From Heterodontus francisci (lineage: Eukaryota), in assembly GCF_036365525.1 (NCBI RefSeq), contig NW_027140453.1, positions 434,001 through 498,000 on the forward strand: DNA of 64,000 nt, written 5' to 3'. The notes under the pieces were generated by a model. It searched no databases. It was not told the DNA's origin and saw nothing but the letters and a program-made list of their open reading frames with translations. The translations under genes and the position numbers were made by a program. Shown here piece after piece: positions 61,437 to 64,000 of the stretch (within the stretch, counting starts at the first letter, position 1; the number at the start of each line of letters is the position of its first letter).

Positions 61437-62760
61437 ATTCTCCGACTACAGGGAATCTATCAAAGAATCAGAGATGGGTTACAGTACAGAAGGAGGCCAT
61501 TTGACCCATCGAGTCAATTCCAGCTCTCTGCAAGATCAACCCAGCTAGTGCAACTCCTCCTATCTCCCCTGTTAATTCAATTCGTCGCCCTAACTACCTG
61601 CAAATTCCACTGTACTGCTTTCTTTCCATGTGTTTTTGTGGAAAGACTTTGTCAGAACAACACAGCAGCAGAATCGAATTATACAGAGAGACACAGAGAC
61701 AGGAAACACGCAGTCAGGATGTGCGGTTATCAGAGTGCAGCTGCAAACGTTTAAACAGCTTAAGAAAGAAAAACAGGCTGGTGTGTGGATTTAACAGTGA
61801 GTGAATCACACGTAGAAACACGCCCACATTTGCATTTTCCACTCCTAGGGCTGAGGCTCAAAAGAAGGTTCAAGTGTAAGGTAGCAAAGTGTTACGTTAC
61901 TGGGCTAGTAATCTAAAGGCCTGGGCTAATAACTTGGTGACGTGAATTCGAATCCCAGCAAGGTGGATAATGTAAGTTCACTTAGTTAGATAAACATTCA
62001 CTCCCTCCACCACCGACACACAGTGGCAGCAGTGTGTACCATCTACAAGATGCACTGTAGCAATGCACAAAGACTCCTCAGACAGCACCTTCCAAACTCG
62101 CGACCTCTACCAACTAGAATGACAAGGGCAGCAGATGCATCGGAACACCACCACCTGCAAGCTCCCCTCCAAGTCACACACCATCCTGACTTGGAACTAT
62201 ATCGCCGTTCCTTCACTGTCGCAGGGTCAAAATCCTGGAACTCCCTTCCTAACAGCACTGTGGATGTAACTACCCCACGTGGACTGCAGTGGTTCAAGAA
62301 GGCAGCTCACCACCACCTTCTCAAGGGCAATTAGAGATGGGCAATAAATGCTTGCCTGGCCAGCGACGCCCACATCCTATGAACGAACTTAAAAAATGAT
62401 AAAAAGCTGGTCTCAGTCATAGTCAGCATAAAACTACTGGATTTCCTGAAAAACCCATCTCTCACTGAGAGAAGGAAATCTGTCATCTTTAACCGGCCTG
62501 GCCTAAAAGGTGACTCCATTCCTGCAACAATGTGGCTGACTCTGAAATGACTGGGCAAGCCAGTTGGTCATACAAAAAGCTGTGCTGGGCACCCACCCAG
62601 CATCCCTTATTAACACTCCCTATTAACCCTCCATCCTAAACTCCTGCAAAATGCTGATGTGCCCGCCGTGTTATTTCCTCCCATCCTCAGGAGCCCCTTT
62701 CGACTCTGTTCCTGCTGTGTGTTTCTCATGTTGTTTTCAGCTCAGTATCTGTTTTGTATT
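61437..62760 (+). repeat. Segmental direct repeat, copy B (with an extra LINE piece at ~61996-62390)
   Basis: Collinear with 1-1200. Confidence 0.85.
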
Positions 62761-63537
62761 TTCTCCTGCGAGCTGGCGAATTGCAATGCCTGGTGAAATG
62801 TTGTGTAAAGGTGCGAAAAGCAGAGTTAAAACCACAGCGTATCATTTCCACAGATCTTTTTATTAGCCTGCTTGATGTCACAAGAGAGAGAAGGGTGCAT
62901 CATGAAGAAGCTCAACTTAAAGAAATAAAGCTCAGTGTGCAAACGGGTCAAAGATGGACAGGAGACATCTCAACTAGTTAAAGTAGCTTACCCAGTTCAG
63001 CTAACCAGCTGACAAGTGGTTAAATGAATTGAATAGAAATTGAGACATAAATTTTAATTATGTTGTAATCCAATTCCTCTGAAAGACCTAATGGGTTTTG
63101 CCAGTTGCCAAACTGTTACTAACCAATAGAAAATGACAACATATCAATGATAGGGATATGACCCAATAGCCTCCTCCTCCTTTCCCATATTTCTGCAGGA
63201 TATGTTGTGACGAGTGCCGTGTTGCAGAGTTTTTGGCCCCGGCTTAGTTAATCGAAATTTTTTGTCAACTTTCCCGATATCTGGAAGGGGAAAAAAAGGA
63301 AGGAAAAAGATTGAGTCAGTCATGGAATATTTCTTCTACAATGCCCTGGGAAGGATTTCGAGTCAGTGGAAACACATTTCATGGCATTTAACAAGATCCA
63401 GAGGGAAGGATGAGTTCTTTTTAAAACTCAGAGCGTTGTTGTCATCTGGAAATCAGTGCCTGAAAAAGCGGACAATTGGATTAAGACATGAAAGGGTAAA
63501 TTTTGCAAGGTGATGAGGAAAGAGTAGGGGAGTAGGG

Positions 63538-63860
63538 CTCTCTCTCTGTCTCCCTTAAACGCTTCTCTCTCTCTCTCTTTCTCTCTCTGTCTCTCTCTTT
63601 CTCTCTTTTTGTCTATGTGTTTCTCTCTCTGTCTGTGTCTCTGTGTCACTCTGTCTCTCCCTTGTCCTCTCCTCTCTCTCTCTCTCTCCCTTCCTGTCCC
63701 TCCCACTCTCACTGTCTCTCCCGTATGTTCTCTCTGTCTATTTCTCTCTCTTAGGTTCTCCCTCTGTCTCTTCCTGTCTCCCTCTCTCTCTGTCTCTGTG
63801 TCTGTCTGTCTCTCCCTTAAACGCTCCTCTCTCTCTCTCTCTTCCTCTCTCTATGTGCCT
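63538..63860. repeat. (CT)n-rich simple repeat
   Basis: Directly visible. Confidence 0.9.
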
Positions 63861-64000
63861 CAATCTTCAAAGAACAAAGAACAGTACAGCACTGGAACAG
63901 GCCATTCGGCCCTCCAAGCCTGCGTCGATCTTGATGCCTGCCTAAATGAAAACGTTCTGCACTTCCGGGGACCATATCCCTCTATTCCCTTCCTATTCAT

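Noticed and set aside
55631-64000. Inverted TRBV or second C downstream of TRBC
   Set aside because: No V/C motifs or RSS found within the window; either may lie beyond 64000.
1-64000. Species assignment (Cbeta recalls horn shark, Heterodontus)
   Set aside because: From memory only; needs BLAST to confirm, so reported only as cartilaginous fish.

Overview
Eukaryotic genomic DNA from a cartilaginous fish (shark-type SINE/LINE repeats), containing what looks like a complete T-cell receptor beta (TRB) cassette. In order: one inverted, intact V gene that looks Vdelta(TRDV2)-like rather than Vbeta (3319-3938, minus strand); four intact forward Vbeta genes with leader exons and 23-bp-spacer RSS; two orphan leader copies and a V relic; D1 with 9 J segments; D2 with 17 J segments plus a relic (19 J have an intact FGXG motif); and one four-exon Cbeta gene (52489-55630). 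Notable points: (i) the Vdelta-like V carries an extra Cys pair around CDR2; (ii) a ~1.2 kb collinear direct repeat links the window start to the region 3' of C (offset ~61.4 kb), suggesting the whole V-D-J-C cassette is a repeated unit; (iii) the layout is D-J-D-J-C with a single C; (iv) a J relic reads in frame into C exon 1 without splicing; (v) there are CTCF-like sites between V and D. The remainder is CR1/RTE LINE fragments, SINEs, mini/microsatellites and three N gaps. Family assignments rest on remembered motifs, not on database searches.
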